Origin: Candidatus Aminicenantes bacterium
Lineage (GTDB): Bacteria > Acidobacteriota > Aminicenantia > Aminicenantales > Aminicenantaceae
Length of the DNA stretch: 64,000 nt
NCBI GenBank assembly: GCA_011042725.1
Contig: DQWD01000185.1
Location: 24,832 to 88,831 of the forward strand
Reading direction: 5' to 3'
The first letter of the stretch is position 1. Each line of letters starts with the position of its first letter. Below the pieces are notes generated by a model that ran no database searches, was not told the origin of the DNA, and saw nothing but the letters and a program-made list of their open reading frames with translations. Below are positions 27,925 through 37,272 of the stretch, piece by piece. Both the position numbers and the translations under genes were made by a program.

Positions 27925-28644
27925 TCAATGGATAATGGTTCCTACCCGATCACCCTTCACTGCGGCGACAATATTTCCTTTCTTTTTGAGGTTAAAAACA
28001 ATAATCGGAAGATTATGTTCCTTACATAAAGATATGGCGGTAGTATCCATAACCAGGAGATTTTGATTGATAACTTCCAGATAACTTATTTCCGAGAAAA
28101 ATTTTGCCTGGGGGTCTTGAACGGGGTCGGCCGAATAAACTCCATCCACTTTCGTTGCCTTCAGGATAGCTTCAGCCTCAATTTCCAAGGCTCGCAAAGC
28201 AGCGGCGGTATCGGTGGTAAAGAAAGGACTACCAATACCGGCGCTGAAGATAATAACTCGGCCCTTTTCCAAATGACGAAGAACACGCCGACGGACGAAA
28301 GGCTCCGCCACTGCTTTTACTTCAATGGCGGAAACATGACGGGTCACTAACCCTTCTCTTTCTAAGGCTTCTTGCAGAGCAACGGCATTGATAACCGTTG
28401 CCAAAAGTCCCATGTAATCCGCAGAAACCCTCTCCATCCCTTCTTTGGCCCCTTTTATTCCCCGAAAAATATTCCCTCCCCCGATCATAATCGCCACCTG
28501 AGTTCCCAGCGCATGAACTTGGCTTATTTCTTGGGCAATCCGGCGGACGACGTTCAAATCAATCCCATAGGGCTTGTCACCAAGGAAAGATTCCCCCGAC
28601 AGCTTTAGCAAAACTCTATTATAAGCGACGCCAGTCGAACTCAT
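27925..28644 (-). CDS. pyrH: UMP kinase
   Basis: ..YNRVLLKLSGESF.. and ..IGGGNIFRG.. are UMP kinase signatures. Lies in the conserved frr-pyrH-tsf-rpsB order. Confidence 0.9.
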   Translation of the reverse strand: MSSTGVAYNRVLLKLSGESFLGDKPYGIDLNVVRRIAQEISQVHALGTQVAIMIGGGNIFRGIKGAKEGMERVSADYMGLLATVINAVALQEALEREGLVTRHVSAIEVKAVAEPFVRRRVLRHLEKGRVIIFSAGIGSPFFTTDTAAALRALEIEAEAILKATKVDGVYSADPVQDPQAKFFSEISYLEVINQNLLVMDTTAISLCKEHNLPIIVFNLKKKGNIVAAVKGDRVGTIIH

Positions 28645-28653
28645 TCTTGACGA

Positions 28654-29250
28654 TTAAGATTGACCAATCTCAAAGCGCGCAAATCTTTTAATCTGGATAT
28701 TTTCGCCAAATTTAGCAATGTGTGAGGCAATTAACTCGGCGATAGTCATTTTATCATCCCGAATATAAGCTTGCTCCAGAAGGCATATTTCTTCATAAAA
28801 TTTCTTTAACTTGCCCTCAACAATTTTTTCGATTACTTGAGGAGGCTTATTAGAATCTTTGAATTGAGCCCGGATAATCTCTTTTTCTTGTTCTAACACT
28901 TCGTCTTCAATGTCCTCAGGAGCAATGTATTTGGGATTAGTGGCAGCAATATGCATGGCGATATTTTTGACAAGGGTCTGAAATTCTTCATTGCGAGCCA
29001 CAAAATCCGTTTCACAATTAAGCTCCACCAGAACTCCTATCTTACCATTAGTATGGATATAAGAACCAATCAATCCCTCGCTAGTTTCCCGGTCCATTTT
29101 ATCTTTGGCCCGGGCATACCCTTTTTTCCTGAGAATGGTTATAGCTTTCTCCAGATCGCCACCGGCTTCTTGGAGAGCTCGTTTGCATTCCATCATTCCT
29201 ATTCCGGTCATATCTCTAAGTTGCTTAACTTGCTCTGCTTTTATTTCCAT
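28654..29250 (-). CDS. tsf: Translation elongation factor Ts
   Basis: The N-terminal UBA-like motif ..[30 protein letters not shown].. is diagnostic of EF-Ts. Confidence 0.9.
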   Translation of the reverse strand: MEIKAEQVKQLRDMTGIGMMECKRALQEAGGDLEKAITILRKKGYARAKDKMDRETSEGLIGSYIHTNGKIGVLVELNCETDFVARNEEFQTLVKNIAMHIAATNPKYIAPEDIEDEVLEQEKEIIRAQFKDSNKPPQVIEKIVEGKLKKFYEEICLLEQAYIRDDKMTIAELIASHIAKFGENIQIKRFARFEIGQS

Positions 29251-29276
29251 CTTATATCTCCTTAAACATTTTTGTC

Positions 29277-30107
29277 CTATTCAGAAGAAGACTCTGAGCT
29301 CTCCGGCGGGACGGCTTTTTTTTCTCCTGAAGAAGAATCTTCAACTTCGGTTCCTTCACTAGAACTAATTACTTCCTGTTCTCCCTCGGCCGCTTCTCTC
29401 TCGAGGAGCAGTTCTTTTTCCAAGCGCTTCTTTTTACCCTCAATGATGGCTTCGGTTGATTTTGAGACGAAAAGCTCAATTGCCCGAACAGCATCATCAT
29501 TGCCGGGAATAGGATAATCAATTCCTTCGGGGTCAGCGTTGGTATCAACCACAGCGACTATGGGGATCCCGAGTTTCTTTGCTTCGGTCACAGCAATTTC
29601 TTCCTTGACGGCATCGATGACAAAAATAGCACCGGGCAAGTCGGTTAAATTCTTAACTCCTCCTAGATTTTTAACCAGCTTGCGAAAAACCTTTTCCATC
29701 CTTGATTGTTCTTTCTTGGACAAAAGCTCCCAGCGCCCATCTTCTTTCATTTCTTCCAACTCAATCAAGCGCTCCACACTCTTGCGAACAATATGAAAAT
29801 TAGTCAGTAGCCCTCCCAGCCAACGGTTATTAACATAACAGCATTCAGATTTTTCGGCATACTCCTTAATAATATCCTGGGCTTGTTTTTTTGTGCCGAC
29901 TAACAAGACTGTGTCTCCTTCTTCTGCTACCCGGCGCAAGAAATTTAAAGCTTCCCGAAAAATCCGAATGGTTTTTTGCAAATCAATGATGTAAATTCCG
30001 TTTCTCTTCCCAAAGATGAAATCTTTCATCTTGGGATTCCAACGCCTGGTTTGGTGACCAAAATGGACTCCCGCTTCTAAGAGTTCTTTCATTGTTACTG
30101 AGACCAA
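29277..30107 (-). CDS. rpsB: 30S ribosomal protein S2
   Basis: ..[37 protein letters not shown].. is the canonical S2 sequence. An acidic C-terminal tail is present. Confidence 0.92.
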   Translation of the reverse strand: MVSVTMKELLEAGVHFGHQTRRWNPKMKDFIFGKRNGIYIIDLQKTIRIFREALNFLRRVAEEGDTVLLVGTKKQAQDIIKEYAEKSECCYVNNRWLGGLLTNFHIVRKSVERLIELEEMKEDGRWELLSKKEQSRMEKVFRKLVKNLGGVKNLTDLPGAIFVIDAVKEEIAVTEAKKLGIPIVAVVDTNADPEGIDYPIPGNDDAVRAIELFVSKSTEAIIEGKKKRLEKELLLEREAAEGEQEVISSSEGTEVEDSSSGEKKAVPPESSESSSE

Positions 30108-30121
30108 GTTTCATCCTCCAT

Positions 30122-30526
30122 TTAGCGCTTGTGGTACTGAGGTGCCTTCCGGGCTCCCCTCAAGCCGTATTTTTTGCGTTCTTTTATCCGAGAATCACGG
30201 GTCAGGAGACCAGCATCTCTTAAGGTTTGCCGAAGCTCTTTATTAAATTCCACTAGAGCCCTGGCTACTCCCAACCGCACTGCTTCCGCCTGACCACTAA
30301 TTCCGCCGCCATCGACTCTAATCAAGAGATTAAACTTGCTGATTGTATCGGTTAATCTCAAAGGCTGAGTTATTGTCTGACGCAGGCTTTCGACACTGAA
30401 ATATTCATTAAAGGGACGTGGTCTTTTATTGACAAAAAGGGTAATTTCTCCTTTGCCTGGTCTTAAATAAACCCGAGCTACTGAAGTTTTACGTTTGCCG
30501 GTTCCATAATATTGAATTAAGCTCAA
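30122..30526 (-). CDS. rpsI: 30S ribosomal protein S9
   Basis: 134 aa ending in the basic tail ..KKYGLRGARKAPQYHKR, typical of S9. Confidence 0.9.
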   Translation of the reverse strand: MSLIQYYGTGKRKTSVARVYLRPGKGEITLFVNKRPRPFNEYFSVESLRQTITQPLRLTDTISKFNLLIRVDGGGISGQAEAVRLGVARALVEFNKELRQTLRDAGLLTRDSRIKERKKYGLRGARKAPQYHKR

Positions 30527-30534
30527 GGTTCCTC

Positions 30535-30963
30535 CTAAATCTGATATTCTTGGGGATTTTGGGCTTGATGAGGATGCTCAGAACCTCGATAAACCTTTAA
30601 CTTTTTATAAATCTTGCGGCCCAGTCGATTTTTAGGAATCATGCCCCAAACCGCTTTTTTTATCACTTCCTCTGGCTTCTTGGCCAACATCTCCTTTAAA
30701 GCCTTCTCTTTGATTCCTCCTGGGTATCCAGAGTAAGAATAATACTTCTTTTGATCCATTTTTTTGCCTGTCACCCGAACTTTTTCCGCATTAATCACGA
30801 CCACAAAATCTCCACTATCAAGATGATCGCAATAGTCCACCTTCTTTTTGCCGCGAAGGAGCACAGCAATCTCTGAGGCTAGCCTCCCCAGAGTTTTACC
30901 TTCAGCGTCAACTAACCACCATTTTCTGGTTATCGTCTCTTTCTTAGGAAAAAAAGTTTTCAT
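30535..30963 (-). CDS. rplM: 50S ribosomal protein L13
   Basis: 142 aa with ..[26 protein letters not shown].., the L13 N-terminal signature. Lies in the conserved rplM-rpsI pair. Confidence 0.9.
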   Translation of the reverse strand: MKTFFPKKETITRKWWLVDAEGKTLGRLASEIAVLLRGKKKVDYCDHLDSGDFVVVINAEKVRVTGKKMDQKKYYSYSGYPGGIKEKALKEMLAKKPEEVIKKAVWGMIPKNRLGRKIYKKLKVYRGSEHPHQAQNPQEYQI

Positions 30964-31086
30964 CTTTAGCTTCCTCGATCTATGAATTAAACGAATTTAA
31001 ATATAAATATATAGGGATGTCATAAAATACTAAAACTTTATTCACTTGTCAACCTTTAGCAAGAGTGAGAGAATATATTCACCTTC

Positions 31087-31767
31087 TCAGTTGACCCATA
31101 ATCTAGCTCGCCGACGAGGATTGAAAACTCGGATTAATAATACTCCCGCCAGAAACCCCCCAATATGAGCAAACCACGCCACTCCACCACCGAAGCCCAC
31201 ATTCATCACCTGCAGAAAAAACCACAGCAAGAGAAAAAAGGCGGCGGGAATCGGAACAATTTCAATAAAAATAAACAAAAATACAAGGGTCATGACGCGA
31301 GCCTGGGGATAGAGCATCAAATAAGCGCCTAAAATTCCGGCAATTGCTCCACTGGCGCCAATCATGGGCATGGTAGAATTGGGATTAAAAATGACGTGGG
31401 TCAAGCTGGCGGCTAATCCGCAAATAATGTAAAACAAAATAAATCGAAATGGCCCCAGATAATCTTCGATGTTATTACCAAATATCCAAAGATAGAGCAT
31501 ATTCCCGCCCAGATGAAGAAACCCACCATGAAGAAACATGGCGCTTAAAAGAGTTAAAGGTGGGAAAAGGCGAGGAACATGAGGAAAGGCCAACGATCGA
31601 AAATGCGTAAGCTCATAGGGGATAGCGCCCATCCGGAAGACATGATATTGTAATCCCTCAGGAGAGAAAATCTGATAGAAGAAAATCAGAACATTTAGGA
31701 CGATAAAAAGAACAGTTATAAGCGGAAAACGAGTCGTTGGATTTTCATCGCGAAGAGGAATAAACAT
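31087..31767 (-). CDS. Rhomboid-family intramembrane serine protease
   Basis: Six TM helices with the GxSG catalytic serine motif (..GASGAIAGILGAY..) and the catalytic His in ..AHIGGFLAG... Confidence 0.8.
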   Translation of the reverse strand: MFIPLRDENPTTRFPLITVLFIVLNVLIFFYQIFSPEGLQYHVFRMGAIPYELTHFRSLAFPHVPRLFPPLTLLSAMFLHGGFLHLGGNMLYLWIFGNNIEDYLGPFRFILFYIICGLAASLTHVIFNPNSTMPMIGASGAIAGILGAYLMLYPQARVMTLVFLFIFIEIVPIPAAFFLLLWFFLQVMNVGFGGGVAWFAHIGGFLAGVLLIRVFNPRRRARLWVN

Positions 31768-31895
31768 TCATCCTCGTACTTTTGATAACATTCAACCCCT
31801 TGACCTAATTCTTGGTCCAGCCAGCAAAATTAATTTAGACCAGATTACTCTAAAACTAAGATCTCAAAATCAACTTGGCCAGGGATTAATCCTAA

Positions 31896-32888
31896 TTATT
31901 TAATTCCCTTTAGCTCTTCTTCTAGCTTTTTCCTTTCGGCCTGACGCTGCCGGGCTTCTTTGAATTTCTCGGCATACATATCGGCTTCCTGTTCATATCT
32001 CTTGGCTCTTTCCGGAATAACTTTGGCCAAAACACTCTTATAAAGAACCGAGAGCCACGAGTAAGGTTCAGGATATTGAGGGTCAAGCTCATTGGCCTTT
32101 TTCAAACACTCTTCACTTACTTTAGCTAACTCTAACCTCTCTTGGCGAGAAAGCTGGTTCTGAAGACGATAGGCTTTCGACCAACGGTTAACTCCTTTTG
32201 ACAACCAAGCCGCCGCATTATCTGGCTCAAGCAGAGTTCTTTTATCATGGGCATCAAAAGCCTTATCAAAGTCGGGAGCTGGTTGAAGGCTTTCATAATA
32301 CTGAGATAAGTAAGCATAGCCCTGAGGGTTCTCTGGATCTAACTCTATTCGCCGCAAATACATCTGCTCGGCTTTTTCTTTCAACTCTTCTTTTTCACCT
32401 GCATAACGCTTATAGAACTCAGCCACGACGTAATAATTGGCCATATTGGTGGGTTCCATCTCCAAGATTTTCAGGTAAAGTTTTTCGGCTTCTTCAAAAT
32501 TACCTAGCTTATCATACATATCACCCAAGGAATAAATCACGTCCTTATTATTGGGATCAATCTCATAGGCCTTTTGTAAAGCGGCCAATGCTTTTTCGGC
32601 TCTCTGTTTATTGTCTTCAGTATCTACTCCGGGTTTGTATATTTGCTTATAACTTTCGCCCAGGAATCGATAGGCATCAACAAGATTGGGATTAAACTGT
32701 AAAGCCAATTCATATTCTTCAATTGCTTTGCGATACAAGCCTTCGGTGAAATGATGATTGGCTCGGTTAAAATGATAATTTCCCTTTAAATAATTAACAT
32801 TTAGTTTTGAACATCCACTCCAACTGACGAGAAAAATAAGCAGACCTAAAGTAATCAGGAAAGGGGCAACTCCTTTTCGTGACATCAT
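31896..32888 (-). CDS. TPR-repeat lipoprotein
   Basis: Signal peptide with a lipobox-like ..VSWSGCSK, followed by multiple TPR units (..YRKAIEEYELALQFNP.., ..AEKALAALQKAYEIDPNN.. and others). Confidence 0.6.
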   Translation of the reverse strand: MMSRKGVAPFLITLGLLIFLVSWSGCSKLNVNYLKGNYHFNRANHHFTEGLYRKAIEEYELALQFNPNLVDAYRFLGESYKQIYKPGVDTEDNKQRAEKALAALQKAYEIDPNNKDVIYSLGDMYDKLGNFEEAEKLYLKILEMEPTNMANYYVVAEFYKRYAGEKEELKEKAEQMYLRRIELDPENPQGYAYLSQYYESLQPAPDFDKAFDAHDKRTLLEPDNAAAWLSKGVNRWSKAYRLQNQLSRQERLELAKVSEECLKKANELDPQYPEPYSWLSVLYKSVLAKVIPERAKRYEQEADMYAEKFKEARQRQAERKKLEEELKGIK

Positions 32889-33181
32889 GACCTCCTTAAA
32901 AACAGCATATAATTTATTAATTTAAAAGTGGTTCATTAAAGTAACCGCGATTCTTTTTTATAAAGGAAACTAGCCTCAAAGTCAAGGATTCTCTCTTTTA
33001 TAAATTTGTTAAAAGCACAAAGAAAAGCAGCTTTTTTATATAATTTCACTACTATTAGCAATTACCTGGCCATTCTCTGACTAATAATTTGTCAATTAAA
33101 CCAAGGAAAATTAAATAGGGAGAGTTGAATTTACTTATTATCAAAACGCTTGCCAGATGTTTTGGTTGGAACCCGAAGGGT

Positions 33182-34510
33182 TTATCTTTTCTTTTGGGTT
33201 GCTTCTCTTTTTAAATAGAGCCGTAAAGGTGTTCCCACAATATTAAAATGTCTTCCCAACTGATGAAGGAAAAATTTTTCATATGAGGGAGCCAAGGAAA
33301 GACGGGAGGAAGTAAAAACTAAAAAAGAAGGAGGGAGGACTCCTACCTGAGTCATATAGCGAAGTTTTAACCGTTTTTTATTTCTAGAGAGGGGAGGATG
33401 TTCAACAATTAACTGGTGCATAAATTGATTTAGTTGGGAGGTTGGGATTTTCCTTAATCCCTGCTGGTAAACTTCATCAGCCAAGTCAAGAATTTTAACC
33501 ACCCTTCTTCCCGTCCGAGCCGAGATAAAGATTATGGGTGCATAAGCAACAAAATCCAACTTGTCTCTAATTATCTTCTCTAAAAGAGCGGTTGATTTCA
33601 CTTCTTGAGCAATTAAATCCCATTTATTGACCGCGATAATTAGAGGTTTACCACTCTCATAGGCCAGATGAGCAATGGCTGTATCTTGACGAGTCGGAAA
33701 TTCTTCAGCATCAAGAACCAGGCAGATAACATCCGCTTTCTGAATGGTCTTTTGGGACCAGATTATTCCCACTTTTTCCCGACCATCCTTAGTCCGACTT
33801 AACTTGCGAATTCCGGCTGTATCGACCAAAGTATATTGCCTTCGGTAGCGACGAATAAGAGTATCAGTAGGGTCCCGGGTTGTCCCTGGTATTTCACTAA
33901 CCAGCAATCGCTCTTCTCCCACCAACCGGTTAACAAGGGATGACTTGCCGACATTTATTCGGCCCACTAAAGCAATCCGCAGGGAATTTTCAGACGTGGT
34001 CTCGGTTAGTTTTGAGGGAAGAAAATTTAAAAGAAATTTCTCTAACTCATCCAAATTTCTCTTGTGCTCAGCTGAAAGAGGAATCACCTCTCCCCACCGA
34101 AACAAATCCCCAATTAACTTCTTCTCTTCTTCCAACGAATCGACTTTATTGGCGACAATCAGCAACGGTTTATCTAGCTTTTTAAGCTGAACATATAATT
34201 CTTCCTCACCAGGAATTATTCCCCGTTTAGCATCGATAACCAAAATTATCAGGTCAGCTTCCTGGGAAGCCTCCCAAGCCTTTTGGCGAACTAAGGAAGA
34301 AAGAGGATCATGAGTATGGTCAAAGAAACCGCCTGTGTCAATCAAAACAAAGGCCCGATCATCCAAGGTACAATAGGCCGAAACTGCATCCCGCGTCATT
34401 CCTGGTAAATGGTGGACTAAAGATTTTTTTTGCTTCAACAAGCGATTAAAGAGCGTCGATTTGCCAACATTAGGATAGCCAACGATAACGACCTTAGGTA
34501 AACGACTCAT
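33182..34510 (-). CDS. der: Ribosome-biogenesis GTPase Der (EngA), two tandem GTPase domains plus a KH-like C-terminal domain
   Basis: Two P-loops (GYPNVGKSTLFNRL and GRINVGKSSLVNRL), DTGG/DTAG motifs and NKVD/NKWD. Start trimmed to the Met just before the first P-loop. Confidence 0.9.
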   Translation of the reverse strand: MSRLPKVVIVGYPNVGKSTLFNRLLKQKKSLVHHLPGMTRDAVSAYCTLDDRAFVLIDTGGFFDHTHDPLSSLVRQKAWEASQEADLIILVIDAKRGIIPGEEELYVQLKKLDKPLLIVANKVDSLEEEKKLIGDLFRWGEVIPLSAEHKRNLDELEKFLLNFLPSKLTETTSENSLRIALVGRINVGKSSLVNRLVGEERLLVSEIPGTTRDPTDTLIRRYRRQYTLVDTAGIRKLSRTKDGREKVGIIWSQKTIQKADVICLVLDAEEFPTRQDTAIAHLAYESGKPLIIAVNKWDLIAQEVKSTALLEKIIRDKLDFVAYAPIIFISARTGRRVVKILDLADEVYQQGLRKIPTSQLNQFMHQLIVEHPPLSRNKKRLKLRYMTQVGVLPPSFLVFTSSRLSLAPSYEKFFLHQLGRHFNIVGTPLRLYLKREATQKKR

Positions 34511-34526
34511 ATTTATAAATGCCAGA

Positions 34527-35120
34527 CTAATCCTTGTTATCAGAAGAGGCAATCAATTCCGGCAAGGGAGTAAAGGGACGTCTTAAATTAACATGGCCAC
34601 TTAAAGTTTCTCGCTCCCGACCATCGATTAAGAAAAAAACTTTTTTAATTTCTTTGAAATTATAAGTAAGAGAGCTAACTACGGCATAAACTGCCATCAT
34701 CTCCGAAGTCGCTCCTAAAGAGTGAGTCTCGCTTAGTTCCCGGGAAAAATCCACATAAGCCAAACCGTTATCGGTAAGGTAAATTTCTCTTAGCTTGACT
34801 CGGGGGGGAAAAGGACTAATTAATCCCTGTTGAGATCCCCGGAGAAGCTCATTGACCACTAGACGAGCTGCTTCAACCACCGAAGCAGTTTGACGAATTT
34901 CTCTTTCCTCGGGATGGAGCAAGGAATCTTCCTCGCCAAGAAAAAACAAGGTTATCTTTTGGGTGGGAATTTCAACAGCCCCCATTGGTAGGTTAGCCTC
35001 CTCAACACCAGCTCTTCTTTTTATTAATTTTTCTCCTTCGCCGGTAGTTAAGAAAAGAATCGCTATTATAACCAGAGAACTAGCCAGGATTACGAGAAAA
35101 GATAATTGTTTGCGAGTCAT
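34527..35120 (-). CDS. GerMN-domain lipoprotein
   Basis: N-terminal TM/signal segment. The C-terminal region ..LTDNGLAYVDFSRELS..SEMMAVYAVVSSLTYNFKEIKKVFFLIDGRERETLSGHVNL.. matches the GerMN domain pattern. Confidence 0.6.
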   Translation of the reverse strand: MTRKQLSFLVILASSLVIIAILFLTTGEGEKLIKRRAGVEEANLPMGAVEIPTQKITLFFLGEEDSLLHPEEREIRQTASVVEAARLVVNELLRGSQQGLISPFPPRVKLREIYLTDNGLAYVDFSRELSETHSLGATSEMMAVYAVVSSLTYNFKEIKKVFFLIDGRERETLSGHVNLRRPFTPLPELIASSDNKD

Positions 35121-35222
35121 CTTCTTCCTATTAGCGATAAAATTACAGCCACCTTTTCATCTCTAAAGAATTAAGGCAATTATTTATCAAGATGCGGTTA
35201 GCCGCTTCTCCTTTGTGGTTCA

Positions 35223-36428
35223 TCAAGAATTAGAATGGGGTGAATAAGCTCTCAAAAAATCTTGGATTCCGCGAAAAATGGCTTCAGCCACCTTGGTCTG
35301 AAATTCTTCAGTTAACAATTTCCTTTCTTCCTCTTGGTTAGAGATAAAAGCCACCTCCACCAAAACAGCCGGGCAAGCTACTCCAGTTAACACTTTAAAA
35401 GGCGCTTGTTTAATACCACGGTTAGCAGTACTAAGCAGGGCATTTAGTTCCCGCTGAATACTTTCAGCTAAGAGACTACTCTGTTTTAAGTAGGCAGTTT
35501 GGGCCATATCCCAGAGAATCATTTTGATGTCCTCTTCATTTTCAGGATCAGCTATTTTACTTTCCAATTCCGAGGAGTTATTTTCCAAATAAGCTAACCG
35601 ACGGGCCTCCTCATCAGTAGCATTCAAACTCAAAAAAAATACTTCCGAGCCATGAGCATGGGGGCGGAAAGAACTGTTAACATGAATACTCACAAATAAG
35701 TCAGCCCGATTATTATTGGCGATTGCCGCGCGGGTGTCGAGAGGAACATCCAGGTCCTCTTCGCGCGTTAAAATAACTCGATAAGCCATGTTGCGGCTGA
35801 CTATTTCTTTCAATTTAAAGGAAATATCTAAAGTAATATCTTTTTCCAACGAGCCTAATTTGCCTTGCGCCCCACTTTCTGTTCCCCCATGACCAGGATC
35901 AATGACAATTGTTCTGATGGCCGAAGAAAGTGACCTCCGAGCCTCCGGAGGTGGGCCCTCTGGGGCCAAGGGAGAAACAGAAGTGTTAGGGGATGACTCG
36001 GGAGTAACAATGCTGCTCCCCTCAGAAGGATAGATATTCAGAATTAATCGAGGAGGATCATCCAGCGAATACGTTTCATGTTTATATTTAGCCCCCTTGA
36101 CCTGTAGAGTCACCAAAAATGTTTCTTCACTTTTCGCCCAACCGATCGATTTAACTATCTGGCTAGTAAAAGGCTCTTTAATAAACCGACTATTACGAGG
36201 CAAACGCAAATGGATGAGAAGATAATTGCCCGACTGTTCAACAAAACTACTTATTTTTTGATCGCTAGAAAATAAAACCTGAGTGTATTGTTTTTTATCC
36301 TCAACTCTGACTCTTAGATACGAGGAAGATGAGCCTAAATCGCCTCTCGCCAAGCTCAGACAAACGAGATAAGAGAGAATCAAATAGGCAAAAAATATAG
36401 ATTTAACTATTTTTTGCCTATTTTTCAC
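35223..36428 (-). CDS. N-acetylmuramoyl-L-alanine amidase (AmiC-like) with an N-terminal AMIN domain
   Basis: The C-terminal Amidase_3 domain contains ..IVIDPGHGGTESGAQG..EKDITLDISFKLKEI.. (zinc ligands). The N-terminal ~130 aa are AMIN-like beta-rich. Confidence 0.8.
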   Translation of the reverse strand: MKNRQKIVKSIFFAYLILSYLVCLSLARGDLGSSSSYLRVRVEDKKQYTQVLFSSDQKISSFVEQSGNYLLIHLRLPRNSRFIKEPFTSQIVKSIGWAKSEETFLVTLQVKGAKYKHETYSLDDPPRLILNIYPSEGSSIVTPESSPNTSVSPLAPEGPPPEARRSLSSAIRTIVIDPGHGGTESGAQGKLGSLEKDITLDISFKLKEIVSRNMAYRVILTREEDLDVPLDTRAAIANNNRADLFVSIHVNSSFRPHAHGSEVFFLSLNATDEEARRLAYLENNSSELESKIADPENEEDIKMILWDMAQTAYLKQSSLLAESIQRELNALLSTANRGIKQAPFKVLTGVACPAVLVEVAFISNQEEERKLLTEEFQTKVAEAIFRGIQDFLRAYSPHSNS

Positions 36429-36513
36429 CTTGGCTCCTCTTTTCTTCTTCTTGCTTGTGGTTTCTTTATCAATTTAATAATCGTCCTTCGGGTTAAATTC
36501 AAAATCTCCAAAA

Positions 36514-36859
36514 TGGAGGCGGCGGGAATCGAACCCGCGTCCGAAGGCCTTCGACACGAGGCCTCTACATGCTTATCCTCTTCTTTATTTTCACGATTCA
36601 GCTCCCGAAGAGGAAAGGCACCGAACCGCTAGCCTTGATTAGGTTTCGCTTCCCAGGCTCAAGGCAAACCCGAGTTGCTATCCTGCTTACCGGCGCCTCT
36701 CAAGGGTCGCAGGAAAACCCAGGAGAGACGGCATGCCTTCAATTAGGCAGCAACAGGCAGAGTTTCTGCACTTCTTTGGTTCCACCAGTTTTACGAGGTA
36801 GGTGGGACCTCGGCATGCAGCCTCTATCTCATTGCCTCCGTCGAACCCTTTTCGCCCCC
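36514..36859 (-). ncRNA. ssrA: tmRNA (SsrA, transfer-messenger RNA)
   Basis: Read on the minus strand. The 5' end GGGGGCGAAAAGGGTTCGACGG pairs with the 3' end ..GGTTCGATTCCCGCCGCCTCCA (tRNA-Ala-like acceptor and T-arm; CCA not encoded). The conserved CCTCGTAAAA element precedes an in-frame tag reading frame ..GCA GAA ACT CTG CCT GTT GCT GCC TAA, so the predicted tag ends ..AETLPVAA. Confidence 0.8.
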
Positions 36860-37272
36860 TGATTTCTGCTCTTTAAGGGCTTTGCTTTTCAATTATAAGG
36901 GAGAAAAGCAAAAACTGTCAAACCCGAGAATTTATTTCCCTTACCTCTTCATTATAATCTCAACCACTAACCTTTATTTTCCCTCTCATTAAATGCTAAG
37001 TCTAATTTTAGTCTCCAAATTTGGCCCCATCAGTCTTAGAGGAAACTTCATTTGCCTATAAAATAGTTTAACTTTCTCTAAAATATGGCTATTCCTGGCC
37101 CCTCAATTCAACCTATGGGGCCTACCGCTCCCGATCCAAAAGGTTAACAACCAGACATTTTCCTAAAATTTAAGCCCTTTAAAGGAAACGGTCACCAACT
37201 TTACTTCTTGGACTGGCTTTGGTATAAATGATGCCTGACTTCAGGACCGAACGATAAAAAAAGACTATTTTT

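Noticed and set aside
31087-31767. Rhomboid protease considered as a rhombosortase of a GlyGly-CTERM sorting system
   Set aside because: No protein in the window ends with a GlyGly-CTERM-type sorting signal (Gly-Gly, TM helix, basic tail). Without a visible substrate the specific call is unsupported, so the generic rhomboid annotation is kept.
36414-36862. ORFs 36414..36632 (+) and 36569..36862 (+) lying within and beside the tmRNA locus
   Set aside because: The sequence is explained by ssrA on the opposite strand (5' GGGGGCGAAAAGGGTTCGACGG, 3' ..CCCGCCGCCTCCA). The ORFs have low-complexity translations.
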